DNA of 64,000 nucleotides from Chrysomallon squamiferum. Taxonomy: Eukaryota > Animalia > Mollusca. Location: assembly GCA_012295275.1 (NCBI GenBank), contig CM022671.1:29202001-29266000 (forward strand), in the 5' to 3' direction. Position 1 is the first letter of the stretch, and each line of letters starts with the position of its first letter. A model generated the notes under the pieces. It made no database searches. It was given only the letters and a program-made list of their open reading frames with translations, and was not told the DNA's origin. Of this stretch, positions 12,425-45,780 are shown piece after piece. A program made the position numbers and the translations under genes.

Positions 12425-13300
12425 CAACAACAATAATAACAAATATTTGCTCGCGTCTGTGAACATGAGTAGTCGGTAAACTCTTTCAAAGCACAAACGA
12501 CACAATTAATACGTCTGCTTTTTCAAGAACGTTCACTAAATTAAAACGTATCTGCTGGAACATGTAAGAAACTCGTGTAATGAATTCCAGATCGTTTGTT
12601 GTCGGAAGTATCGAGCAGAAGAGAAGTTAACAATACCAGCTTTTACATCGTCGGATGGATTCTTAGAAACAACAACGACGCCACTATAAAAGACTGTGAC
12701 GTCATGGTTTGCTAATCTTACTTTGCATTTCCATTTACAAGAGATTCTTTAGAATAAAATTATAAACACCGGCACATTAGTTAATAAAACTTTCTACAAA
12801 ACCATTATGAAAAAAAAAAAGAATAATAATAATGATTAAAAGAATAATAATAATAATTAAAAAAAAATTGTGACGGGGGTTTAAAAATTCAAAATTGGTC
12901 AATAAACATAAAAGAAAGAAATTCAATTTAACTGTCATCTTATCAAATTCAATCTGCTGTTATTCTGACTTCAGTGTTGTTCGGCCATTGTCTGTTCGTA
13001 GCAGTGGATCGGAACTGCCCATTGTGTCTACATAAATGATGACGTATGATCAATAATTAAAAAAACACAAAAAAACTCTGCCATTTGCTACCATTCCAAA
13101 CATGGTTAACCCATCAGTATAATCAATTATGTCCATACAGATTTACACACGTACACACACATTAGTTATACTGGTTATACTGTATGTGTACGTTAACTCC
13201 AAAGGTAGAGGACTTTCAAAAGTGCAAATCGCTGAGTTCATTTCTCTGCTGGTCAAGGTATGAAATGAAAACAACCGGTCATTTGCGCTGAAGAATCGTT

Positions 13301-14386
13301 ATGGGCATCTATACCAGCATATTAATAATTTTCTGTTTAGAATCTGTATTAGGTAAGTATTTTTATTACACTGTTTTATAATGATGGTTATAAAAATATA
13401 TATGATCACTGCTTCATAACATATAAATATTATCATTCAAACCAGAGTTTTCTAATCTAATACAGAAAATTGTACAACATCATTCGATTGCCTCTTATGC
13501 AAAACTTGTACAACAAATTTCGATAAAGAGAAAGATATTTGCCTTACCCTTAACTGCACATCTTTTGAGAGAAATAAATATTATTAAACACTTGGTTTCC
13601 AACCTTTTTCTGCTTTATGCTCTACCTCAGCATCTAAAAAATATTTATGTCCCCCTTTGATATAAAAGGATTTGTAAAAGTGTAATTACTGTAATATAAA
13701 GTAGAAATCCTTTAATTAAACAAAGATAAAAATTGGGCAAGCAAACTGCTCGTAGGTGCTGCCAGACACACTATAACATGTAGGCGAAGTGTAACTGGAA
13801 GTTTGGTCGCATTATATCACTTTCAAATTTCCCCCTCCCATTGTATTCAAACTGCCACCTGTGGGGCGTGCTCCCCAGGTTGGGAATCACTCACTTAGAC
13901 CAATTGCAATAACTTTTCAACATTTATTTTCTACAACCACAAAATCACTTTTGTATAAATGTTCCCGGTTTTTACACATTGTCATTAAGACAGTCAGTCT
14001 TTCGGGTAAAATAATATGTTTTGTACCTCTACAGAAAGTACTGTTTAAATTATACTGAGTTTATATGTTCTCAGTACTGCACGCGGTGCAGTCTTTAGAG
14101 AAATAAACTTCTCGACTTGTCTTGATAATTTTTATACAGAATGAAGTCGCACAAATATGTAGGTGTTAATGATTATGGATAGGCATGTGCGTAAACGAAT
14201 ATGTACATGAGAGTAAGTAATATTTTGTTTTAAACCTTTTAAAGAACACGAATTTGGTGTGTAAAATTATTAAATATTATTTTCTGTTGTTTATGTAAGA
14301 AATTATTCATATATATAATTTAAACAAAAAAAGACTACCCATAAAAAAAAACAATTATTATTATTATTATTATTTTTATTATTGTT

Positions 14387-14433
<47 letters not shown>

Positions 14434-14894
14434 GTTTCTTTGTTTATTTTAACATTTTGCTATTATGTCGATTCAAGGTTTATGTCCATATCAGGCTGCC
14501 GGGTTGTTCGAGGTTCCCGAGAAAAAGAAATGTTATTATATCTCAGCCATGAGGAAATCGTGGCTCAACGCTAAAGAGTTTTGTGAAAGATACGGCGCCA
14601 AGTTAGCCAAAATAGAGGACGATACAGACCATCAAGTTTTGATAAAACACATGTAAGAATCAGAGTTATCGTTCTTCATTTTTCTTTCGATTTCTTTTTC
14701 TTTCTTGCTTTCTTTCTCATTCTCTTTCGGTCTTTTTCTTTCCTTTTCTCTTTATTTCTTTCTGACTCTTTCTTTTTCTTTCTTTCTCAAACTATTTCTT
14801 TCTTCTGACATTCCCTCTTTTTTATTTATACACTTTTTTTTTCATTCTCTTTCGTGTTTGGTATGAAAGTATGCAAATAAGTATGTAAATATAA

Positions 14895-14925
<31 letters not shown>

Positions 14926-15508
14926 TGTGTGTGTGTGTATGTATGTATGTATTTATATACATGTATGTAAATATGTGATATATGTATATATGTACCTATA
15001 TCTATCTAATTTTCTTTCTTTAAAAAATAAATAAATTATAATAATAAAATAAAATAAAATAAAAAGGTAATTAAAAGTATGAAAACGCAACTATTTTTAG
15101 GTCAGGTCTAAACTACTGGATTGGACTGAATGATCTTGCTACGGAGGCGAAATATCTATGGACAGATAACTCTCCTGTAAACTGGTTTCTATGGAGCACG
15201 GGTCAGCCCGTTAGCGACACCAATCAAAACTGTGGCATTTATGATAACGTACAGAAATGGAAAATGAAGGAATGCACCATTAATTACTATTATATTTGTC
15301 AGATTGATGCTGGTATTTATTTATTTATTTATTTCACTATAGAATATGAAAAGTATATTATTAAATATAAGATAAATTTAATAGTTTTTAATAATAATAA
15401 TAATAAACCAACCTTTGGGTACTGGCTTAAAAGGGAAATAACACTGTGGGCATACAGAAATATAAACAATTTAAATATTAATAATGGTTATAATTATTAA
15501 TTAAACTG

Positions 15509-15546
<38 letters not shown>

Positions 15547-15548
15547 CA

Positions 15549-15590
<42 letters not shown>

Positions 15591-15837
15591 TACGTTTTCA
15601 GTCAAAGAGGCTTTTTTCAGAAGTGTGAGTTTCACCGAAGATGTTGCGGTTCTTGCTGAACTGAATGCCAGAAGCAGAATTTCTTGCATACTTTCTTGTA
15701 TGAATACAGCTGACTGTAAATCCGTAAATCTGGATTTGTCCACAAAACCCTATAGCTGTCGGTTACTACGGACAGAAACTGGAGGAACCATTACTGTGAC
15801 GTCACAGTCATCGTTATATACGTTCCAGTATCCGTAG
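13301..15837 (+). CDS. Secreted C-type lectin + PAN/apple protein, cluster gene D (SP-CTLD-PAN), ~224 aa
   Basis: Exons: 13301-13352 (MGIYTSILIIFCLESVL); 14478-14652 (LCPY..KKCYYI..WLNAKEFCERYGAKLAKI); 15101-15312 (YWIGLND..QPVSD..NCGIY..WKMKEC..YICQ); 15602-15837 (PAN: CILSCMNTADC..CRLL, TAG). Confidence 0.88.
13590..13892. mobile_element. Degenerate non-autonomous hAT (Charlie-like) MITE in intron 1 of gene D
   Basis: Imperfect terminal inverted repeats acttggtttccaacct / aggttgggaatcactc resemble the CAGTGGTTCCCAACCT hAT end. The 8-bp flanks tattaaac / acttagac have a central TA. Length is about 300 bp with no ORF. Confidence 0.6.
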
Positions 15838-16997
15838 TAACATGAAAACGTATTAAACGAATACGTTTATTAAAAGAGTTAGTTCTAATTATTTGTTTTT
15901 AACAAAAAAAAAATTGACTTTTTCTGTTGCATTTGGTAAAGCTTGACAAAATGAATAATAATTTAATCTTTTTATTTCTGTCGGTAATATATTTTGACCT
16001 AATTATTACTTTAGTGTGAAAAATTGGTATTGCCATTCTTCGACTAGTAGAAGGAGTTTTAAATTTAAGTCCTGTGATTTTCCATTAATCTTGATATCAC
16101 TTCTAATATTCTATCATTTTTATTTTTCAAGTATTTTATTTTATTTAATACTCTTATTTATTTATTTATTTATGCATGCATGCATGCATGCATGCATGCA
16201 TGTATATGTTTGTATGTAAGTTTCTATCTATTTAACTATTTGTCTGTCTTTTATTTATTTATTTGTTTTGTTTGTTTGTTGTTGTTTTTTATTCTTTCTT
16301 TTTTTCGTTTTGTTTTTTTATGTTATTATTATTATTTTTTTATTAGTCTTTAAAATACCGACATTAAATATTCACTTTAGGCCTATTTCTTTTACTAAAA
16401 TAATTTCTTGCATTTTTTTGTTTTTAATTGTAATGTATTAAACAAAACCTTTCTCAAAATTATAAATTCAAATTTTTATTTATCATCTGTATATATATAT
16501 ATATATAAACAGAAAAGCTTGATAAGAAAATAAAGTTGTACAAATCGGAGCGAATGTTTTATTTGTCTTCTTTCAAGGTTAAGTAACATTATGCATGTTG
16601 TCATTTAGATCTTTATCCATGGCACCATTGTTGTACAAAATGTGCTGTAGTAGCAAAAGGAGTACTTAAAATATGTGATGCAATTGATTAGAAAGATGTT
16701 TGCAACTATAACGGAAATGAGAAATCTTTTTTTTTCTTTCAAATGAGGGGAAGCGGAATAATATTTATCTGTTTATCTCTCAATATTCGATATATTGATA
16801 AAGGATAAATCTTCCATCAAAGAAGTCATTATAAAGAATCGCAACAAAAATGAAAAAGAAAAAAGCCGATGTTATATTGATTAGGAGCATTCCAAGACTT
16901 ATTAAGAAGAAGAGGTGAACAACCTGTGACAGAAAACACTAACATGTAAATAATATGTTATAGGATACGTTATCTTGGTATTATATTTTTAATTGCC

Positions 16998-17079
<82 letters not shown>

Positions 17080-17305
17080 GTTTGCTTCGTTCCTTCTTTC
17101 CTTATCTACCTTTGGTGCAGTTTTTGGATTATTCCAAATTAGCTTAACATGAACATATACTTAGACTAATTTTAGTATAATTATTGTCATTTGATTATTG
17201 GAAAATTAATACGATATATTTAAAAGCTAAGATCAGATGTCAGGCACGTTCGGTTGGCGAACGACATAGGCTGACATCACAGATAATTAATAATAAAAAT
17301 CATAC

Positions 17306-17491
17306 ATGGATATTAAAAAGAATCTCCTGCTCCTGTGCTTTATTGAAATTGTATCAGGTGAGAAAAAAAAATTATTTTTACTTTTTAACTTTTTTTTTTT
17401 TTTTATCGGTCTTCATCTCAGTCTTAAACAAATTTTAATTCCATTTTTTCTTTAAACTTTAAAGCGAAGCCGATACAACAACTACTACAAC

Positions 17492-17564
<73 letters not shown>

Positions 17565-18369
17565 TGATATATAGCGATAAACAATAACGAAACTTAACAT
17601 GATAAATAAAACAACAGTCAGTGAAATTCCTGAATTCAAATTATATAAGACAATGGTTTGTGAAATTAATATCTAATGTTCGTTCATAAATTAATGAATT
17701 AATATTAACTAAATTCATTAAATCACAGAATTATTAAGTTAATTAACTTAGGTTGAAAAACAAATTTACCGCTGGATAAATTTATGAGGAGGCGTGGTTG
17801 TTCGAACTTGCAAACAGCGAAGAGTGTACAGTACACAAGTGTAGTAACATTAGCATTTTAAAACCCAACCAGATGGCATGTCTTCTTAAAACATTCAAAT
17901 GAAATAATCTTCTGTTCAGTAAGTTATTGGTTATCTGAAAAATATTTGTGTAAATATATGAAATTCATGTTACCGAATGTATTCGATTTATTTATTGAGA
18001 GGTATGCTAAGGTTAAAAATCAAAAAGAAAAGAAAAAGAAACAAACAAACAAAAAAAAAAAAAGAAAGAAATAACTTCTAAAACAGTGTACACACGAGAA
18101 ATATAATATATTTTTATTTGTTGAAATTTTAGGCTTGTGTCGAGATACGCAGTACATAGAAGACACGAACAAACAGAAATGTTATTTTCTGTCAGAGTTT
18201 AAAACATCGTGGTTGGCTGCCAAGAGAAGATGCGAAAGACACGGGTCAGTGCTGGCCAAGATAGAAGATGACGCCGACCATCAGTTTGTCTCTATGAACA
18301 TGGTGTAAGTGGACGTCAAACGCTAAAGTGTAAAATAAATAAACAGTTTTAAAATATATACATAAACAT

Positions 18370-18401
<32 letters not shown>

Positions 18402-19325
18402 TTATGTAAATATATATACACATAAACACACAAATGCATACACATATTTGTGTGTGTGTGTATATATATATATATATAAAAGCATAAACATACAGACACA
18501 CACACACATACACATATATATATACAGACAAATGTGTGCATGCGTGTGTATATATTTGTGTATAAATTTAATATATTATATATATATATATATAGACGAC
18601 AGCATATATATATATATCTATTTATCATTGCCTGTCTGAACTTCTCGTTGTCCAACTAAACAAAATTAATAACAACATTATTAGCATTATTAATAATAAG
18701 TTGTTTGATAGTGTGTTTGTTTTGTTGTTTATCTATCCTGCTTCTGAGGCTAAAAATATATGTATATGTTTCATAACTTAGTATATGATAGCTAAGACAA
18801 CAACAATAACAACAACAATAATAATAATAATAATAATAATGTCTTGCTCTTTTTAACTTTTATAAATATGTTATGTATCTTTTTGTATTCAGAACAACAG
18901 CATTGAAGTATTAGCAGATAAAATAATAATAATAATAATAATACAAAATAAAAACTAGAAAATTTAAATTTTTTAAATAATAATAAGAAGAAGAAGAAAG
19001 AAAGAAAGATAAAATACAGAAAAGAAAAAAAAAAAAAAAAAAACAAAGAAAACGATGCTCTACCGGACGAAACTTTGATTTCATTGTACTTGTATTGTCT
19101 TGTTGCCTTCCAGGAGCGGTCGATATTATTGGTTTGGTATGAACGATATTCGAAACGAATCGATTTTCGTTTGGACTGACCAGACACCAGTCAACGTTTT
19201 TCATTGGCTGTCTCGGCAGCCGAATGGTGGTTCGGCTCAGAACTGCGTCACCTACGACACCAATCGCGAATGGCAGGACAAGGACTGCAATAATAACTAT
19301 TTCTTCTTGTGCCAAATGGACAGTG

Positions 19326-19361
<36 letters not shown>

Positions 19362-20517
19362 TACTGTTATTTTTCTTTTTTTCTTCTTTCCTCTTCTTCT
19401 TCTTCTTATTATTATTGTTGTTATTTTATTATCGTCGTCATCACCATTATCATTCACTGATCAACTCACCAGACAAAGATATAATGTTCTAACGTTACTC
19501 CATTACTCAACTATTCCTTTTGCCGTAGACTTACATACTCAAGAGACTCTAGCTAATTACGTCATTTAGAAAATTACACATAAAAAAACCAGTCTGTCTT
19601 GACACAATGTGAAGAGTGTCACTTACAATAAAATAATCTGCTCCGTATCTTAACAGCAACGATATAAATCTGGTCCTTTGTCATTATCTTTGATCTGTGT
19701 GTACTCAAATAATGGACTGTCATGATAACAGTTAAGTCCTATGAAAACTGAAACTGGCATCCATTAAGTGGACCAGGAAATAAAGATACAGAAACTGGTG
19801 AAGCCACTTCGATGAAAATAAATCTCTTGATATAGCTCTTATAGAAATGACTGGATATGAAAAATCAATGCAGAGATGTTATCTAGATAAGTAAATATTT
19901 CTTTTAATAAAAAATATTTTTCTTTCTTTCTTTGTCCTTATCTAGAGTGTCATTTTCGAAAGAAATGTTGACTCGGACGTGAAAGGCGTGACATCATAAA
20001 AACTCGTTATTGGACGCGACTCAGTTTACTGTATCAGGCTATCACCAGAACAGTACATGGTGTACTATAAATTAACTTGCTCATTTGTTGTATGTGAACT
20101 TTTTTTTTTTTTTTTTTTTAAGTGTTAGTACCTGCATTATTTATTTATTTATTTATTTATGTATTTATTATTATTATTATTATTATCATCATCATTTCAT
20201 TTTTTTTTTTTTTTCATTTTTTGTTGTAGAGCATTGTCTGCATATCTGCATTCATATCTTCTGATTGTTTTTGTTTTATAGTGAGACAAGCCTTGTTCGA
20301 AAGAGTGAGTTCGGTGTCTAATTTCGCCATTCTGAAAGCGCTTGCCTTTGACAACGAAATGACATGCATAATGACGTGTCTGGAAACCAAAAACTGTCTG
20401 TACGCTGTGGTGGACATGGCAGCAAAAAGAAACTGTTTCTTGTTACAGACTGTGCCAGCTGAAAATAACCCTTTTTTTCTTTCTGACACAAGCAGAATCT
20501 ATAAAATCTTGTATTAA
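17306..20517 (+). CDS. Secreted C-type lectin + PAN/apple protein, cluster gene E (SP-CTLD-PAN), ~223 aa
   Basis: Exons: 17306-17357 (MDIKKNLLLLCFIEIVS); 18133-18304 (LCRD..QKCYF..WLAAKRRCERHGSVLAKI); 19114-19325 (YWFGMND..QPNGG..NCVTY..WQDKDC..FLCQ, weak donor GTTATT); 20282-20517 (PAN: CIMTCLETKNC..CFLL, TAA). Confidence 0.86.
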
Positions 20518-20663
20518 TAATGTTTAATTAAAATACAAGATCGTGGCATCAACAGAGCCACATAATTTTCGAGAAAACGATAATTGATTTATAAATAAAA
20601 ACAACTCAGTTAAGTTAAACACTGTTCAACCTGGTAGTAACGGTACGATGTAGTTCTGTAATT

Positions 20664-20705
<42 letters not shown>

Positions 20706-21307
20706 TATGCGGATCCAAAATGTTAAAGGTGGAAATCTAGTAATAACAATCGATGGAAATTTTATCACCATAAAAAAACAGACGAGATGTGAAGACGTAT
20801 ACTTTTCAGACTTTTTGAGGATTTTATTGGTCTTTTTATCTATTATGTACCCAACATTTTGGCATGAGAATAATTAGAAAATTGCAAGTTTACCATTATG
20901 GAGAGTTACTTTAACATGAGTCAATTAAATTTGTTCAGTTAATGCATTAATTGCCGAAACTGTTTTAACTGCTCCATTTCTGTAATGATTGAATCTGTTA
21001 CTGTTTGTGGAGTTTTTTTTTTTTTTTTTCGGCTTTTATCTGGCGTTCTGCTTTAGTTTTATTTTTTTTTACTTTGTGTCTTAAAAGTCATCTAAATAAT
21101 AATTTCATATTAAATCTGTAATAATAATAACAAATAAATCATGCACATCGTGTGATTTTAAAAATTTATTTCCAATCTGTATTTGAATGTGATGTTTCAA
21201 CACTTTTTTGGAGGTAATAATTTTATTTTATAAAATTAAATTGCTATTTCGTTGTCTATTAATATAAGTTATTTATTTTTCCAGTGACCAAAAAGAAAAA
21301 TGTTAAG

Positions 21308-21363
<56 letters not shown>

Positions 21364-22210
21364 TTGCTACTTTATTTGATATATGTCATATTTCTTTTTT
21401 GTATTGAGTATAACACTACAGACAGAAGAGTACAAACCACAGATTTCAACAAATTAGTCACACTGAACTCATTAAATTTGACAAACCAAGAATAAAACTG
21501 TCAAACAAAAAATAAATAAATAAAATAATAAATAATGATAAAAAATTTAAATTTAAAAAAAATGTTTTAAACAAATTTAATCAAAAGAATATATTTGGAA
21601 CTTTCACTCAGAACTGCTTTAGAAACATATGATTGATAAGATGAGAGGATTGTTTTCTGGTAAATGATAACAGGATTACTCATCATGAATCTCAGAACAA
21701 TATATCAGCACTCCAATATCATTATGCAAACTATTAAAAACCTGTGACTTGTTATACAACTCTGATCTGACTGAACAATAATTATAAAAAATAAAACAAA
21801 AATATATATGTATTCAAGATTAAAATGAAATAAAAATTAATATTACCAATACCAAATGAAGTTAGATTTTCAAAAATACACTTTATTGATCTTGATCTGA
21901 TCATTATTCTGATCTAATCAAAATAATGCATGATCAGTAATAAAAATATTCTTATCATTAAATTAAAACAAAATTTATAAAACTGATCACAATCATATAG
22001 ATAAGTTTTTACTATGTATCTAGAAATATCATTACTCATGCATCAGTATTTCTTTCAACTTGTGATTTCCAGATATACTATTAAATAGAAAAGGTTTTCT
22101 TGTAGAGTACATAACACAAAATATTTGTAAACTAAACTATTAAACTTTAAAGATATCTTGTTTCTTTTCTTTAAAAATAATTTATATATAAAATAGTTTT
22201 ATTGTATTTC

Positions 22211-22248
<38 letters not shown>

Positions 22249-23156
22249 GTGGGTTTTTCTTAGGGGGAAGGGTTTAATTTATTTATTTTGTTGTAAAAGT
22301 TACAACAGTTTTAAGCATTTTACAAACAAAATGAACTAATAAAGTATATTTCAGCCCAAGATGTGCTACAGCTAACAATTTCAGTATGAATAAATCATAA
22401 AATTGCAGCGTATCAAAAAATATTTGCATTTACCATTATACATTTGTTTTTGCATAAATTAAAACTTAATTCATTCATAAATAATGTTCTTACAATACAA
22501 CATATTTGTAAACAATGAACTTTCGAGCATACTACCCCAACTGATACTTGTGATGGTCATAAAAACTGAATTTAATACCGTCATTCTAAACTCTAAATTA
22601 TTTCTTACATATCCATTAAAAGGTGATAGATGAGCAACTGTCATGCACTTAAATAAATAAATAAATAAATAAATAAAATAATAATAAATAATTAAATAAA
22701 TAAAAATAAAAATATTGTTATACTGGTATATGAATGCAGCTAAAATGTGAAATGAAATCAGAGAACAAATGTTTCTGCTGGAAAATTCTTCAGTTTAATT
22801 TACTATAAACAGAAGGCTGCCAAAAATCTTGATAGGCTGGTATGATTCAAAGTATCCCAAATATTTTGTCTGCTATGGATTCAAAATGATTTTTCTCGTT
22901 CTTCTTGTGTTCATATTACTGTTCAGATAATACAAATTGTGTCAAACAAAAATTGTTGTAACTGAAATTTCCACCACACCATCTCATTTAAAGGTTTTTA
23001 TATATTTTTTTTTCTTCAGTTTTTGTATATCTTTCATGTTGTAGGTTCTGTTCATTTTAAATTATGATTACTGACACTCAACAAAATATTTTTCATAAGG
23101 AAATCCTTTATACTGGCTGTGTTGGATTTTGTTAAACATTGGTATCAAAATTATAT

Positions 23157-25400
23157 TCAAGTATACAATTCAAAGTCAATTCTGTTTGACTTGTAAAATG
23201 GTCCATCTGCTCCCACTTTTCTGCAGAATGCAACATCTTTGAAGAAACCTTCATTCTCCCAAGCAAGCATCTGAGAAGAGGTAAATGGACCATGGAGTAC
23301 TGCTGTTTCTTTATCCTCCCACTTGTATTCCCACATGATTTCGTTGGGCAGCGAAGACGAAGCTTCATCTGAAATGAAGTAAATGGTTTAAAACCTCTGT
23401 TACATAAAATTGTATCTGAAATTTAATAGCAACAGTTTAAAACCCTATAATGTGAAAGTAAAGCATGACAGACAGTATTTTTTCTTCTTTTCAAAATGAT
23501 TTCATAATTCAAATCTTGAAACATGGGAATGGTAAAACTGCTTTGGAAAATGTTACTGTTATTAAGGAGAATATTTGTTATGCTAGGGTAATTTTCTTGA
23601 ATTAAAAAAAAAAAAATGTTTCGTTTATAAATATATAATTAACTATTTATGGAACCAGACAAATCTACGATACTTTTATGATGTAAAAATACTTCTTTCA
23701 TAAATGTTTTTTTTTTAAAAACAATTTTATTTACCTTTTGATTCAGATGAAGTATCTTCACTTTTGGTTTCACTCATATTTTTATTGACATCTTCTGATT
23801 TATCTTTTGTTTGTTTTTTATCAAAATTATCTGCAAACATGTCCAAAGCATCGTCATCATCAATGTTAGAAGGCACATCAAACTTTACTCTTTTCTTTTC
23901 TTCGTCCATCTGTTTGAGTTTGTAAGAAAGTTTCTCATAAGTCATTTCATAAATGTCCATAATTCCTTCCTGCACACACTGATCAGCCAGTTCTGTTAAT
24001 TTCAGCATTTTTTCTTTATCTTCCACTTCCTTATCTTCATCCACCTCTTTCTCACTGTTCACTTTTTGTTTCTTTGCTTTCCAACGTTGGCTGGCAGAAA
24101 CTATCTTCCCTTTGTTACTTCCAAGTCGTCTCAGAGCTTTAGCAATTGTCTCCCCTGATTTCATGAGTGCCAACATTTCTTGGTAAACAGATCTGTAGTC
24201 GAGAGGAGGTAACTCTCCATCACTGTCCTCCATGCTTTCCATCTGCCTTTTGGTTCCACTCTTTTCACTCTTTTTAATTTTGACCCAGTCAATGTTGTCA
24301 ATCCATTCATCTCTAATATTTCCCTAAAGTGAAAAATAATTAGTAATTCACAAGAACCACTTTCTCCATATTTTTAATAAGGAAAAGGGCTATTTACTAT
24401 TTATAGTGAACTAATACATCTTAGCTGTCGATAAATCATTTAAAACATATTTATAAATAATTAAAAAATAACTAAGTCATTTACTGTTTATTTATTTTAT
24501 ATATATATTTCAAAACATCAGAAATTCTGTAAAGATTTATTATATAATTATAATGTTTTTAGAAAAAAGCGGCAGAATAAGTATCAAGTACCTTTGTTTT
24601 ATCAAAAATGTACATGCCATCTTTATCAAAATGTCCCTCTTCCATTTCCTCCCGCATGTTAAATGGTGTGACACGTACGCCTTCATCGAAGTCAACTGTA
24701 GCTTCTTCCTGACCTGAAAACAGCAATGAAGAAAAATATCAGGTTTTATTTTATTTTATTTTATTATTATTTTTTTTTTTTAAAAATAAAAGAACAGAAA
24801 GAAACAAGCATGTTGGTGACATCTGAAACATCTACATCTTCCTAAAGGTCCGGCATGTCCAAGAACTCACCATTACTAAGGAGATAAAATTCAAGTAGAC
24901 AATCACGGTGCCTACACCTCTTCTTTCGGGGGACAGCAATCGTGGAGGTTATCAATATGTACCATTTGTGGAGAAGAATAGCTCTCCAACCAATCAGCAA
25001 AAGTATTATTTTCATGCATAAAGCAGGTGCAGGTAATGATATGAACAGTTTAAACTTTACATGTTTATTCGACTAGTCGACTCTTAATAGTTAATGTCAA
25101 GTTCTTGAAGTTGCGGGCACGGAGACTGCTTAGTTGTAAACATATATATTTTATGTGTTTCTTCGTTTATTATGTTCCTGTTTAAATATGCATGAATTCG
25201 AATTATTATTCAAAAATATATTTCCCTTTACCTTCTATGTCTTCTTCGTCCAGTACTTCGACACCTTTATCTTCGTCATATTCTTCATCACTATCAAGAG
25301 AGTGTTTTTCTTTAAATCGGCCAGTATTTATAACTCGCTTCTCAGTTTTATGTTCTTCAGCAAACATGTCTTCCTGAAAATCTTCATGTTTTGATGCCAT
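23157..25400 (-). CDS. CD2BP2: CD2 antigen cytoplasmic tail-binding protein 2 (U5-52K, GYF-domain spliceosomal protein), 363 aa
   Basis: Exons: 25400-25232 ([13 protein letters not shown]); 24713-24592 ([19 protein letters not shown]); 24323-23735 ([28 protein letters not shown]); 23368-23157 (GYF domain [31 protein letters not shown]). Phases 1/0/1 sum to 1092 nt. Confidence 0.95.
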
Positions 25401-26418
25401 TTTGTTATAATGAACACCTTTTGTTCAGGAAAAAAATAATTTAAAAAACGATACCACTTGAAAAACCATCAAATCTCGTCCATTGAATACGATTTACGAG
25501 ACAAAACGAGAAGGGTCGAATCGTTGTATGTTCTGATAGTGGAAAAAGGATCGTATTTCGTTGTTAGTTGTACCTGCAATAAAATAATGTTTTTCCAACA
25601 ATTTTCTGCTTTGCTTTAAATATCAATATTTATGTTAATAATTAAATTAACTGAAATCTATTTTTATTGAAAATATTTAAATCCCACATACAGATGATAA
25701 ATAATGTAGGTTTTATATTACGCACCTTAGCACCAAGATGGTTGTTATTATGCATAGAAACCGACGCTTTTCAAATCAACAGGCATAAGGCATACTTTTT
25801 TAATGACTTGCCTCTTGTTATCTTGTTACATGATACACCTAATTTTTGTATTTGAGGTAAATTACCAATTCAGAAGATTGATATGGTTTATTATTTTAAA
25901 TATCTGTGTCAGACACCTGCTGTGGTCTCACATTATAGTTTATTTGTGTGACAAAACTATTTAAAATAAATTTGATTAATCTCTTTCGTTACATGTTTTG
26001 ATAGTTTTGTTGTTGAAAACGATACATGTAATAGTAAAAGTTTTGTATGGAAAACAACTTATGTCTCTACATGGTTTGTTGTCCTTTTTTTTTTTTCTTT
26101 TTTTTTCTTTCTTTTTTCTTCTTTATATATATAGAGAGAGAGAGAGAATTTTTTCCCCAGTGTCAACATAATTTTACAAATATTAAATTTTATTGGTATC
26201 CTTCCATCACTTTCTTTATGTTTGATTCACTATAGGGTAAAAAAATTATTAAAGGTAATACAAAATTTTAATTCAAGATAAATTTTTATTAATTTAATAA
26301 AGTTTATCTTCGTGAACTAATACAAAGATATAGTGTTCAAAATACAGCCTGTAATTATGTGCAGTTCTTATTTATTATTTCTGGACATTTCAGTTTAAAA
26401 ATTTCCTTTAATTTTCAG
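25401..26418. promoter_or_regulatory. Shared bidirectional promoter / 5'UTR region of CD2BP2 and SANBR
   Basis: The start codons diverge about 1 kb apart (25400 - strand, 26451 + strand) and CpG is locally retained at 25450-25770. There is a YY1-like CCAAGATGG at 25733. A candidate SANBR non-coding exon ends at donor G|GTAAAT (25856), with its acceptor at 26417-26418. Confidence 0.6.
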
Positions 26419-26450
26419 TTTCCTTTGACTTTCTCTGATGGTGCTACATA

Positions 26451-45780
<19,330 letters not shown>

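Noticed and set aside
13003-13050. WIGTAHCVYINDD resembling CTLD motifs
   Set aside because: Too short, with wrong motif spacing and no splice context; likely chance.
17958-18001. Alternative leader exon for gene E (ATG..AG|GTATGC)
   Set aside because: It is 44 nt and phase 2, so out of frame with exon 18133. The exon at 17306-17357 fits the family's 52-nt pattern.
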